This document shows, in pieces, positions 43,230 to 55,701 of a stretch of DNA of 64,000 bases. The position numbers and the translations under genes are program-made. The stretch is from the NCBI GenBank assembly GCA_951406725.2, contig OX597819.1:51522001-51586000 (forward strand), written 5' to 3'. This DNA is from Octopus vulgaris (lineage: Eukaryota). Position 1 is the first letter of the stretch, and each line of letters begins with the position of its first letter. The notes under the pieces are model-generated. The model was not told the DNA's origin. It made no database searches and worked only from the letters and a program-made list of their open reading frames with translations.

Positions 43230-43750
43230 CGACAACATTCTAGATAGCAGACCCAAATCGTCAGCGCTGACAGACTGACAAGATTAAAGATGGAAACAAG
43301 TGATTATATTAAGCGTCGGGGCTGACGTATCAAAATGCGAAAAAAATGGCGTTCAACTATATTTCTTCATCGCGAAATACAAAGACAGCGCTGTAAGATC
43401 TAAAGTGCTTATTCTTAAATCGACTTCGCAAAACCCATTTGAAGATTCAGGTAATGAAGTCGCGACAAGATAACGATTTCACAAATAGGTCTTTGATGAT
43501 TCGCGATATGTGCTGCCTATTCGATTCCTGGCAGTTGTGTGCAATATTTTGGAAGCAGTAGGTCAGCTGTGTGTGGGTAGTACAGGCGGGAAAAGATGTC
43601 TGCTTCGACTATTTACAGCATTTCTCAAGAGAAAAGCAGAGTAGTGCGAATAACCGCTAATGGTAGCTGTGACATTGTTGGTGCTGACTGAGTGTGTGAA
43701 GGCCAATTTATCTAACTTGGAGGACCTGCACTACGAAATTTTTTGATGCA
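43230..43750 (+). pseudogene. possible very old LINE RT remnant
   Basis: Scattered DRLTR and IDFAKP (DFAKAFD-like) peptides only. Confidence 0.3.
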
Positions 43751-43859
43751 AACCAGATTTATTCGCATCTTTCCTGACAGATGTTTATTATAACTGCTAA
43801 CATATTGGGAACATTCTTAACTACAATAATCAGGACCGAGCAGTGATACAAGAAGAACA

Positions 43860-45880
43860 CCTACACCCCGCAAAAAATAAAGAAAACTCTATTCTCACTA
43901 ATTAAAACCCATGGAAAGGAACTGACAACCTTGACTTTCTAACAAACTTTAAATGCAAACCTAGCCTCTTCTCATGGTCTGCCAAAAATACACAAAAGCC
44001 AAATTATAAATGAAACCATTAAAAAATTACCAAAGACATACATACATACATACACCTAACCCGGGGGACCTAAAACTACGACCCATTGTACCTGGCCCAG
44101 CCTGTGAAACACACAGACTAAATCTACTTATGGACATCCTCCTGAAACCCTTCCTTAAACACATCGATAGCCATATCAGAGATGACTTGGATATGTTAAA
44201 TCACCTTCCAAAAAAGTCAAGTATACCTCATAATTATGGACTAGAGGCAATTCAGTTCTGGCTGGATCAATTTCCGGAAGAAATGCCAAAAAGGATCAGC
44301 AAAGAATTCATTACTAAATCCGTTGAATTCATCCTACATAATAACCACTTCTTGTTTGACAATACGTTTTACCGTCAAAAGTCCGGAATTGCTATGGGTA
44401 CAAGGGCAGCACCAGTAATTGCGAACCTAACAATGGGCTACCTGGAGGTAATAATATACCAGGAATCTTCATCGACCCTTGAAAACCCCCTTTCCCAATA
44501 CATAAAAGAGAATTGGAAAAGATTCCTAGACGACTGTTTTATACACTGGAATGAAAACACAGGTAAAACGTCTTCCTAAAATTCAAAAACCTATTGAACA
44601 GCGTCAACCCAAACATACAGTTCACAATGGAGTACAACCAAAAGGAGCTTCTATTCTTAGATATACTAATTTAAAAAATTAACCTAAAAATAGAAACAGA
44701 CATATTTTACAAAACCAGACGCCAAACGATACCTGCTTTTTGATTCATGCCACCCAAGACACACTAAAGCAAACATCCCTGTCAACCTTGCAAGAAGGAT
44801 ATGCACAATAGTGTCAGAACAAAATACCAGAAACTTTAGACTACAAGAACTCAAAAACACCCTAATTGACAGACACTACCCAGTTCAACTCATAGAGGAT
44901 GGAATCAGACGTGCAACAGAAATCGACATAGAAACTTTAAGAAAAGTTCAACACAGCAACACACCTTCCCCGAAAATACTGCCTTACATATCCACATACA
45001 ACCCCAGAAACAAAGAAGCCTTCACCATCATCACCCAGAATTTACCAATGCTTCAAAAGGACCCAAAATTAAAGGAAATTCTAAACACACTTAAATCATT
45101 AAAAGCTACAAACAACCTAAATCACTAAAAAAGGCAACGTTATTTTCTGAAATAACGGATGCAAAAGTTTAAAATGTGGTAGACCAAACTGCGCAATATG
45201 CCCAAACCTTCTAGAAGGATGAGAATTCCTCTTCAAAGAGGGACAAAAATTCAAGATCAGATCTAATTTTACTTGTACTTCAGAAAACCTAATTTATGTC
45301 ATAAGATGCTCGGAATTGTTCGCTGCTACATAGGGTCCACGGGATTATCGCTCAGACGTAGATGCACTCTGCATCGACAACAGATTGCATTCTCAGAATA
45401 CAGAATGATACCCTTTAGTGAACATATTGAGAAATGTGCAAAGCAACTACTACCACAATTTTTAATCTTTCCATTCTATCAATGTGCTATTGGAACACCA
45501 ACACAAATTAGATTAAATCAGGAAACATTCTTCATTGAAAAAATATAAACCAAAACTTAACCATTCTAACATTTTTATACAAAGAAACTCATCTCATTGA
45601 AAAAAAAAAGAAAAAGTATAAAGCGATTATCTCCCTTATACTGGAAGAAATTCCTGATTACCTTCCCCTGCCTGGAAATCTTGACTTCATAGCGAAGACA
45701 TGGCCCAATGTAGGTAAAGAAATTTGCGAAATTTGAAAAGAATACACGAAACCGGTTATTTCTCCAAAAACTATGTTGCTATAATCAAAATTTGATAACA
45801 TTTTTCTAACATAACGACTTAAATATATTCTTTAACCTTATAACACAAGCCTTTCGTAGTTTTTTCACTCTTTTTCATTT
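43860..45880 (+). mobile_element. Neptune-type PLE copy 2, frameshifted, with a diverged 3' UTR
   Basis: ORFs 44010..44579, 44811..45128 and 45273..45548 align to copy 3 (LRPIV, GIAMGTRAAP, WKRFLDDCF, YIGST); ends in (TA)n. Confidence 0.93.
45723..45768 (+). ncRNA. minimal type I HHR, U3-A8 variant
   Basis: TTTGCGAAAT-TTGAAAA-G(aataca)C-GAAA-CCGG-TT^ATTTCTCCAAA. Confidence 0.6.
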
Positions 45881-46754
45881 TATATATATATATTATTATC
45901 ATTATTATTATTATATTATATATATATATTATATATATATGTGTGTGTATATATATATTATATATCTATTTATATTATATGTATACATTATATTATATTA
46001 TATTATATGTATACATTATACTATATATATTATATATATTATATTATATATATACATATATGTATATATATTATATATAAGTATATATATATCATATTAT
46101 ATATATGTACATGCATATCTGTATGCATCCATCTATCCATCCCCCTACCCCTCGATCCATTTATACATTCATTGTGACAGACAGACAGACACACATGTGC
46201 GCAAACAATATATACACCCATATATATATACGTGAGTGAGCGCGCGCATGCATATGCATGTATGTATGCGTATATGTATACTTGTCTTCATTGTTTGCTT
46301 GTTAGTTGCATTTCTTAATCTTATATTTCATATTTATTTTCATTTTATTTTTGTGGTTTTCTTCATATCTTCCTCCTATTTTTCTCACAAACAGAATTGT
46401 TTACGTGCGAAAAAAATGCCTACAGCTGCAAAGCTTTCTTGCTTTTCTTTTTTCGCCTTTTATTATTATTATTATTATTATTATAATTATTGTTGTTATT
46501 GTTGTTATTGTTGTTGTTGCTGGCGGTGGTGATGATGCTGCACTTGTTGTTGACGATGATGATGATGATAATAATGATGATGATGAAGGTGGTGGCGGTG
46601 ATGTATTATTGTATTTATTGTTTAGTGTAGAATATCTTCATTTGCATGTGTGCATGTGTAAGTGTATGTATTCGTGTGCCTGTTTCCTTTGCTGATATAC
46701 ATACACATAAACATACACTCTTACATACATATTTGCCTATATTATATAAATATA

Positions 46755-46784
<30 letters not shown>

Positions 46785-46791
<7 letters not shown>

Positions 46792-47113
46792 GAGAATGTG
46801 TGTTTGTCTGTCTGTGTGTTTCCCTAAAACTTGAGAACTACACAAACAATTTCATTTAAATTTTACACATGCCTTACTTAGGGTCCGGGGAGTGTCATCG
46901 GCAAAACAATTTTCAACTTTTTGCTTAGGGCGAGCCCTCAGCAATATCATATCTTCTCCACTACGATTCCCTAAAACTTGAGAACTACACAATCAATTTC
47001 ATTCAAGTTTTACACATGCCTTACTTAGGGTCCATATAGATTCATGGGCAAAATAAAATGTTCAACTTCTAGCCAAGAGCGAGCCAATAGCAATATCATA
47101 TCTTCTCCACTAT
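46785..47113 (+). repeat. two tandem 147-bp units in a probable non-autonomous Helitron/HINE-like element
   Basis: Units start at 46820 and 46967 (TTCCCTAAAACTTGAGAACTACAC...GCAATATCATATCTTCTCCACTA), preceded by (TA)n and GTCTGTCTG. The Helitron call is inferred from layout only. Confidence 0.6.
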
Positions 47114-47848
47114 TTCAGTATTACGTGTTAATTCTATATTTTATGTCAGATACTTTCACTTTAACAATAAAAATTGGACATAATAATAACAATTGAATTA
47201 TAGTAGTAAGTAATAATTAAAATCAAACTAAAGTATAATATAATCGTAACATAACAAAAGTAAAAATAGCAATTGGTATAAAATTGCATCAATGACTTGA
47301 ACTTGAATAAGTGGTTTCACATGAATGGGAATAAATTTAAAATAAAATTAGTGTGCAGAAATGGAATAGTCTAGATGGAGCTGTGCACATACCGTTTACT
47401 ACGGCTTTTACATTAGATTATCTGCTAATTAGCTAGCATTAAGTATCTATATGAAGTTTGGCTGTATGTAATGTCTGTTTTCTCGAACAGTCGTTTCTAC
47501 TGAGTACTGCTGTTGGTTTATATCTTATACATAAAGACTATAGCTTCAACTGCGTACTACCTTTTAATTCACCGTAAGGTTTGTTGTTATTATTATTACT
47601 GTTTAACTATTGTTATCACGTTTGTTGGTTCCTCGTAAGGGAAAAGTTGTTGTATTGCATTTTTTAAATAATAGTAAACTGTAACCACCCACCCCCTTTG
47701 GGAGAAGGAGCTTTGGTTATTGTTTAAAATTTTAATTGTGTCCCTGTTTGGGGAAATTGGCGATTGACAATACGGAAGCATTTTTGTTAGAATGCCTTCG
47801 ATAGAAGAAAGTCCAAAATTGAATTTCCATATATATATATATATATAT

Positions 47849-50028
47849 GCTACAAATGTGTCCCAGAGAGAAAGGCCACTGTACACAAGAACAAAATCCC
47901 CAGAGAGAGGAAAATTTTAATGAGACGGCGTACAAAAATTTCAAATCGCCTAAACAAACAAATTGAAAGCAGTGAAAAGTCCCGCCTGAAAATAAAACTG
48001 TTGGAAATTGAAAATTGTCTGCAACTCTCCCATGAGAAGGAAAGAGCAGACAAAGAAGCCTGGGCTATAGACAACATAAAAACTAACCCCAGAGCTTTCT
48101 ACAGGTATGCCAAAGAAACAGCTACGGTGCACTGTAGGATAGGGCCACTCCTTGAAAAGGATGGCACACTCACAGGAAAACCAATGAGGGTAAGTGAAAT
48201 ACTGAATGAACAATTCAAGAGTGTTTTCACTCCACCCCTTGGGCATTTCCAAATCAGCAATCCAACTGACTTCTTTACCACTGCAGATATAGAATCAGAG
48301 GCGGCGACGATAAATTACATCGATATAAAGGAAGACGATGTAATAAAGGCTATAGATGAAATGAAAACAGACTCAGCTATTGGCCCCGATGGATTCCCGG
48401 CAATCCTCCTAAAAGTATGTAAGAGAGTCTTAGCAAGACCACTGCAGTTCCTCTTTCAGAGCTTCCTTGCAGCTGGCAAACTTCCAAGAAAACTGAAGGA
48501 AGGTAAAATATGCCCTATTCATAAAGGAGGTAGCAGAGCGGAGGCCAAGAACTACAGACCTATCTCTCTGACCTCACACATCAGCAAGGTCATGGAACGA
48601 ATAGTCAGAAGGAAACTAATCACCTTCCTTGAAGAAAATTACTTGCTGCCTGACACCCAACATGGTTTCCAACCAGGAAGAAGCTGCTTAACTCAGCTCC
48701 TGCAGCACTATGACTGGGTGCTGAAACAACTGCTCAACCACTCAAATGTGGAAGTCATATATCTCGACTTCGCAAAGGCCTTCGATAAAGTCGATCATGG
48801 AATGATATGTCACTGCGTGATCAACTGCGTGATCTTGGCATAGTTGGAAAACTAGGAGAATGGCTTCACGACTTTCTGAAGAATAGAAGTCAGGTGGTAG
48901 TAGCCAATGGGGCCACTTCCATTAGCACGCAAATAGTGAGCGGTGTTCCACAGGGCACTGTTCTGGGACCACTACTGTTCATAATGGCCCTCTCAGACAT
49001 GCCCTCAGCCACGCGGAGAGCCACGATCACAAGTTATGCAGATGATACAAAAGTTTCACAGGCAATACAGAACCCTGAAGACACTAGGCACCTGCAATAT
49101 GAGCTGGACGAAATATACAAGTGGGCTGAAAAGAATAGCATGCAGTTCAATGCTGAAAAGTTTCAAGCTTTATACTATCAGCATGCAAAACTGAATGCAA
49201 TACCCAAGGAATACACTGGACCCGGAGGGATTGCAATCCCAGAGGCACAATCAGTGCGTGACCTGGGTATTCACATGAGTGATGACGCGACCTTTCATGT
49301 ACATGTTGCTAAACTGACAATGAAATGCAGACGGCTGGCTGGATGGATTCTTAGAACCTTTAGAACAAGAGAACAAGAAACCATGATGGTGCTCTGGAAG
49401 ACACTTGTCCTTTAGCCACTTTGACTATTGCTCTCAGCTATGGTCACCATCCAGTGTCAAGTTGATCACAGAACTTGAGGCGATCCAACGAAGCTACACG
49501 AAGAAGATAGCCTCTATGCAGAATGTAAGCTACTGGGAAAGACTCAAGAGATTAAAATTATATTCCCCGGAGCGTAGGCGGGAAAGATATGCCATAATAT
49601 ACATCTGGAAGATCCTGGAGGGAAGTGTCCTGAACTTTGGCATCGAGAGTTACGCAAATGCCAGAACTGGGCGCCACTGCGTAGTGCCTAGGACTCCAAA
49701 CTTGCCATCAAGATGTAGGACAAGATTCTGTGATAGCCTGGGCTTCCGAGGCCCACAGCTCTTCAATATCCTCCCGAAGAACCTGAGAGACCTGCATGGG
49801 GTGGATACAGATGTCTTTAAAATGGAGCTGGATCTCTTCCTGTCAGGTGTCCCAGATGAACCAACTTCACGGCAGGAGGGGCAGATGAGGGCAGCTGCAT
49901 CGAACTCTCTCATGCACCAAATAGCAGTTGCTAGAAAGCCTCCATGAAGTGAAACCAAGTAGCAACACCAAATGGCGGTGCCCCAGCATGGCCACAGCTC
50001 ATAAGCTGAAACTAGAATCAATCAATCA
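47849..50028 (+). mobile_element. 5'-truncated CR1-group LINE: RT pseudogene with two frameshifts and an (ATCA)n tail
   Basis: GPDG, NYRPISL, QHGF, YLDFAKAFD, GVPQGTVLGP, YADD (49035-49046), YWERLKRLKLYS.ERRRER across ORFs 47920..48843, 48807..49415 and 49405..49947. Confidence 0.95.
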
Positions 50029-50104
50029 TATATATATATATATAGATAGATAGATAGAAAGATAGATAGATATAGATATATAGATATATATTATATATAT
50101 ATAT

Positions 50105-50195
<91 letters not shown>

Positions 50196-50825
50196 TAGAT
50201 ATAGATATAGATATATAGAGTGAGAGATATATAGATATAGATATGTATAGATATATATGTATAGATATATAGATATATAGATATATAGATAATGTGTGCA
50301 GTGGCTAACGATGTATCATGGCGACAAGTAATATATATATATATATGTATATATATATAAATATATATACACATGTATATACATATAAATATATATATAT
50401 ATATATATACATATTTATATACAGATGTATATATATAGCTGTATATGTATATATGTATTTCTATAGATATACATGTATATATAAACATGTATATCTAGAT
50501 GTATATATAGATATACATGTAATATGTACACATATACATTATATTATATATATTATATATATATCATATATAAGTATATATATTATATAATATATATGTT
50601 CATGTATATCTGTATGCATCCATCTATCCATGCCCCTACTCCTCCATCCATTTATACATTCATTGTGACAGAGAGACACACATGCATACATATATACACC
50701 CACCCACCCACACAGGTGTAGCAACAAACTTGGTTCCAAAACACTTAGTCCTCACTTCAGTCCCACTGAACTTGGCATGTGTCTTCTGCTATAGCCTCAG
50801 ACCAGCCACAGCTAACAGTCGACGT

Positions 50826-50894
50826 TGGGTTGGGTTGGTTTGGGTTGGGTTCGGTTGGGTTGGGTTGGTTTGGATTGGGTTGGGTTGGGTTGGT
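50826..50894 (+). repeat. (TTGGG)n pentamer tract
   Basis: Read directly; imperfect G3 runs. Confidence 0.9.
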
Positions 50895-51571
50895 GGTTCG
50901 GCAAACGAGATCGATAAAATGACTCAGCGGTTCGCCAAAAGATATCGATAAAATGACTTTGCGGTTCGCAAAACGAGATCGATAAAATAACTTAGCGGTT
51001 CGCAACACGAGACCGATAAAATGACTTATTGGTTCGATAAACAACATCGATAAAATGACTTAGCGGTTCGCCAAACAAGATCGATAACATGACGTAGCGG
51101 TTCGAAGAAAAAGATCGATAAATTGGATTAGCGGTTCGCTAAAGGAGAGCGATAAAATGACTAGGCGGTTCGCAAAACGAGATCGATAAACTGACTTAGC
51201 GTTTCGACGAACATGATCGAACAAGCGGTTCGCCAAACGTGATCGATATAATGACATGGCGGTTCGGCAAACGAGATCGATAAAATGACTTAGCGGTTCG
51301 CAAACAGTGATCGATAAAATGACTTGGCGGTTCGCGAAACGCGATCGATTAAATGGCATAGCGGTTCACCAAACTAGATCCATAGAATGACTTAACGGTT
51401 CGCCAAACGATATCGATAAAATGACGTAGCGGTTCGCCAAAAATGATCGATAAAATTATCTAGCTTTTCGACAAACATGATCGACTAAGCGGTTCGCAAA
51501 ACTAGATCGATAAAATGACACAGCGGTTCACCAAACGAGCTCGATAAAATGACCTAGCGGTTCGCCAAACG
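50895..51571 (+). repeat. 34-bp minisatellite (about 20.5 units) derived from the SINE B body
   Basis: Consensus GCGGTTCGCCAAACGAGATCGATAAAATGACTTA versus SINE B ACTTAGCGGTTCGGCAAAAGAGACCGATAGAATAAG. Confidence 0.9.
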
Positions 51572-53767
51572 TGCAGTTGTAATAATGGATACATCATACT
51601 ATAGAAATCTTGTAATTTCCTTGCTTGATGACAATCAACATTATGAAAAAATCACCAACTACATCCCACAAAAAATAATGAAAACTCTATCTTCGCTAAT
51701 TAAAACCCATGAAAAGGAACTAACAACCAAAGAGATTGACTTTCTAACAAACTTTAAATGCAAGCCTAGCTTCTTCTATGGTCTGCCAAAAATTCATAAA
51801 AGCCAAATTATAAATGAAACCATTAAAAAATCACCAAAGACATACATACACACACCTAACCCGGGGGACCTAAAACTACGACCCATTGTAGCTGGCCCAA
51901 CCTGTGAAACACACAGATTAAGTCTATTTATGGACATCCTTCTCAAACCCTTCCTTAAACATATCGATAGCCATATCAGAGATGACTTGGATATGTTAAA
52001 CCACCTTCCAAAAAAAGTCAAGGAAGAAACAATCATGGTTTCATTTGATGTAGTTAATTTATATACCAGTATACCTCATAATTATGGACTAGAGGCAATA
52101 CAGTTCTGGCTGGACCAATTTCCGGCAGAAATACCAAAAAGAATCAGTAAAGAATTCATTACTAAATCGGTTGAATTCATCCTACATAATAACCACTTCA
52201 TGTTTGACAATACGTTTTACCGTAAAAAATCCGGAATTGCTATGGGTACAAGGGCAGCACCAGTAATTGCGAACCTAACAATGAGCTACCTGGAAATAAT
52301 TATTAACCAGGAATCTTTATCAACCTTTGGAAAGCCCCTCTCTCAATACATAAAAGAGAATTGGAAACGATTCCTGGACGATTGTTTTATACTCTGGAAT
52401 GAAAACACAGATAAACTCCTAAAATTCAAAAACCTATTGAACAGCATCAACCCAAACATACAGTTCACAATGGAATACAACCAAAAGGAGCTCCCATTCT
52501 TAGATATACTAATTAAAAAAATTAACCTTAAAATAGAAACAGACATTTTTTACAAAGCCACAGACGCCAAACAATACCTACTTTTTGATTCATGCCACCC
52601 AAGACACACTAAAACAAACATCCCTTTCAACCTTGCAAGAAGGATATGCACAATAGTGTCAGAACAAAATACCGGGAACTTTAGACTACAAGAACTCAAA
52701 AACACCCTAATTGACAGACACTACCCAGCTCAACTCATAGAGGATGGGATCAGACGTGCAACAGAAATCGACATAGAAACTCTGAGAAAAGTTCAACACA
52801 ACAACACACCTTCCCCGAAAATACTACCTTATATATCCACATACAACCCCATAAACAAAGAAGCCTTCACCATCATCACCCAAAATTTACCAATACTTCA
52901 TAAGGACCGCAAATTAAAGGAAATTCTAAACATACATAAAATCATTAAAAGCTACAAACAACCTAAATCACTTAAAAAGATTCTCACTAAAGCAAAATTG
53001 CTTTCTGAAATTACGGATGCAAAAGTAAAAAAATGAGGTAGATCAAACTGTGCAACATGCCCAAACCTTCTAGAAGGATCAGAATTCCTCTTCAAAGAGG
53101 GACAAAAATTCAAGATCAAATCTAATTTTACTTGTGCCTCTGAAAACATAATTTATGTCATAAGATGCTCGGGCTGCCACCAAAACTACGTGGGGTCCAC
53201 GGGACTATCACTCAGACGTAGATGCACACTGCATCGACAACAGATTGCATTCCCAGAATACAGAATGTTACCCTTTAGTGAGCATGTTGAGAAATGTGCA
53301 AAGCAACTACTACCACAATTTTTAATCTTTCCATTTTACCAATGTGCTATTGGAACACCAACACAAATTAGACTAAACAAGGAAACATTCTTCATTGAAA
53401 AATATAAGCCCAAACTTAACCATTCTAACATTCTTATACAGAGAAACTCACCCCATTAAAAAAAGGCAAGAAATATAAAGCGATTATCTCCCTTACACCG
53501 GAAGAAATCACTTATTACCTCCCCTTACCTGGAACTCCTCTTTACACTTCTTAACGAAATCATAACGATGTTTTGAGAAATTTGAAAAGTTAAACACGAA
53601 ATCGGTAATTTCTTCAAAAACTATGTCACTGTATGAAAAATATTTATTACATTCTTCTGACATAATGACTCAATTTTTAACCTTTCAAAACAAGCCTTCT
53701 GTAGTTTTTTCACTTTTTACTATCTTCTATATATTCAACCACGTGCTTTCACACACCAACTTTCTCA

Positions 53768-53768
<1 letters not shown>
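51571..53768 (+). mobile_element. Neptune-type PLE copy 3, the best preserved: RT, Cys-rich linker, GIY-YIG endonuclease, 3' UTR
   Basis: One frame 51585-53459 with a single TGA (53034-53036). Motifs AVVIMD, FYGLPKIHK, SFDVVNLY, GIAMG, RFLDD, LPFLDI, SCHP, NCATC, FTCASENIIYVIRCSGCHQNYVGST. Confidence 0.96.
53571..53619 (+). ncRNA. minimal type I HHR, U3-A8 variant
   Basis: TTTTGAGAAAT-TTGAAAA-GT(taaac)AC-GAAA-TCGG-TA^ATTTCTTCAAAA. Confidence 0.65.
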
Positions 53769-53806
<38 letters not shown>

Positions 53807-54743
53807 GAATATACACGCGCGTGCACACTCATACTTATTTATACACATATAGCTATTTATGTATATGGCTAGCTAGGTTATTGTATTGTACTCACATTAC
53901 GTCACGTTATTTGACATTGCACTAATTGCACTGTGCTGTTAACCTTTACCTTCCATTGTTATTGTTGTTATAATTCTTCAATTATTGTTATATCTGGAAT
54001 GTGGGGGCAGATGAGGAATAAGTAATTTATACCAGCGATGTACTGGTGATCGTGGTGGTGGTCGCCGTTGTGGTGGTAAGAGCCGTGGTGGTCGTTATGC
54101 TGGTTGTGGTGGTGGTAGTGGTGGTGGTGGTGGTGGTGGTGGTGGTGGTGGTGGTGGTGGTGATGGCGGTGGTGGCGGTGAGTTGTACTCTTGGAAGCTG
54201 TGGGGTCATCCGAGCATAGAAGATGAGCATTATTTGTAATTCAATGGTACAGCAGTGTAGGAGTTTGCTTTGACATACACATAGATTGTGATTTCTGCAA
54301 TGTGCTGCATAAATTGTCAAGTAAATGAGAGGCATCTTTGCCTCCACTGATTCAGTTGCAACATGTTGAGTAAAGTTATTTGATTGCAGATCTCCTTTTT
54401 ATTATCACTCGGTCACAAATAGTCCCCACATGGTAACATTGATTTCAAGGCCTTCCCAGATGAGTGACTGGTTATTCAAAGACATTTACAGATTGTATAT
54501 TTATTCTGTCCAGTTACCTATCAGTATAGTTGTCATTTGCAAACTCCAACTTTCATTTCTCCTTAGCCCTCACGTCACACAGTTGTTAATGTTAATTTCA
54601 TTTAGGTCAAGCCCTTCCAATTGCTATAGATTCGTAATGCATCTTACGACTGTGCCTGTCACCTGCATGGTGAAGAATACTACATTGGGAGTGGGAACTA
54701 CTAGGGTACTATAGCTGACTGCTTATTGTGCGTACATACACAC

Positions 54744-54921
<178 letters not shown>

Positions 54922-55701
54922 GTGCGTACATACATACATACATGCATATATATATATAGTTGACTTTATAAAATTAAGATTTACAAACTTCGAGAGAACG
55001 TGAAGTGAAATAATTCACTTATTGGTGCGGTGGTGCTTAATTAAGATAAAGCTATAAATAAAAGCGCGTAAATATTGGGCGAAAATTTTTGGGATAAAAA
55101 AAAGATGAGACCTGCCTACATCTATAAACATGACAGACGTTCTAGTATTGGGTCAAAGCAGACGTTCTAACATTGGATCAAAGCAATCCTTCAAATTTCT
55201 CTAAACTGTTTGGAAAGCTTATTGAATATTGTTGACGTTATAAGAATTTAGAAACTTCGAGAGAACGTAAAATAGCTTTTTGTCTTGGCACCTCTAAAAA
55301 TATATGTTGTAAGTATTGGCTCCGAATTCCTAAATTCCTTTACATTTTTGCTCTCCATTTTTGACCAGGCCAAACCGACTGATACAGCTTTCACGGTGTA
55401 GTTTTCTTGCTATATCTCACTTTCAAGCATACCTTTCTCGATAATGTACTTGATCAGTGATTTCGTTATCAAAGATATTATTTCTACTTTAAAAAAGACA
55501 ATACTTACTCGTACCATTTAACGAGCAAAATACGAAACGATTATTGTGACTTTTATTACTGTTCATAAATCATTTATATTGTAGATGATATGACGAGAAA
55601 TTTTCCTCGGAGTTTTCACAAAATAGTTACTGACAAAATTCTTGAAAGCGTAATAACAGGAGCTAAATTCTTTGATGAGAATACAGGTTGGGGACAATAT
55701 A

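Noticed and set aside
50826-50894. Telomere or telomere-associated PLE junction
   Set aside because: The repeat is short, imperfect TTGGG rather than TTAGGG, is interstitial, and the PLE has an endonuclease.
50895-51571. CRISPR-like array beside a reverse transcriptase
   Set aside because: Units are head-to-tail with no unique spacers, derive from a SINE, and there are no cas genes; the context is eukaryotic.
53034-53036. Selenocysteine codon, as reported for some Naiad PLEs
   Set aside because: The other two copies have TGT here and the element has a C-terminal endonuclease (Neptune layout). A point mutation is the simplest explanation.
54960-55270. Short duplications (AAACTTCGAGAGAACGT twice; 25-bp tandem AGACGTTCTA...TCAAAGC)
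   Set aside because: Real but small, with no interpretable structure.
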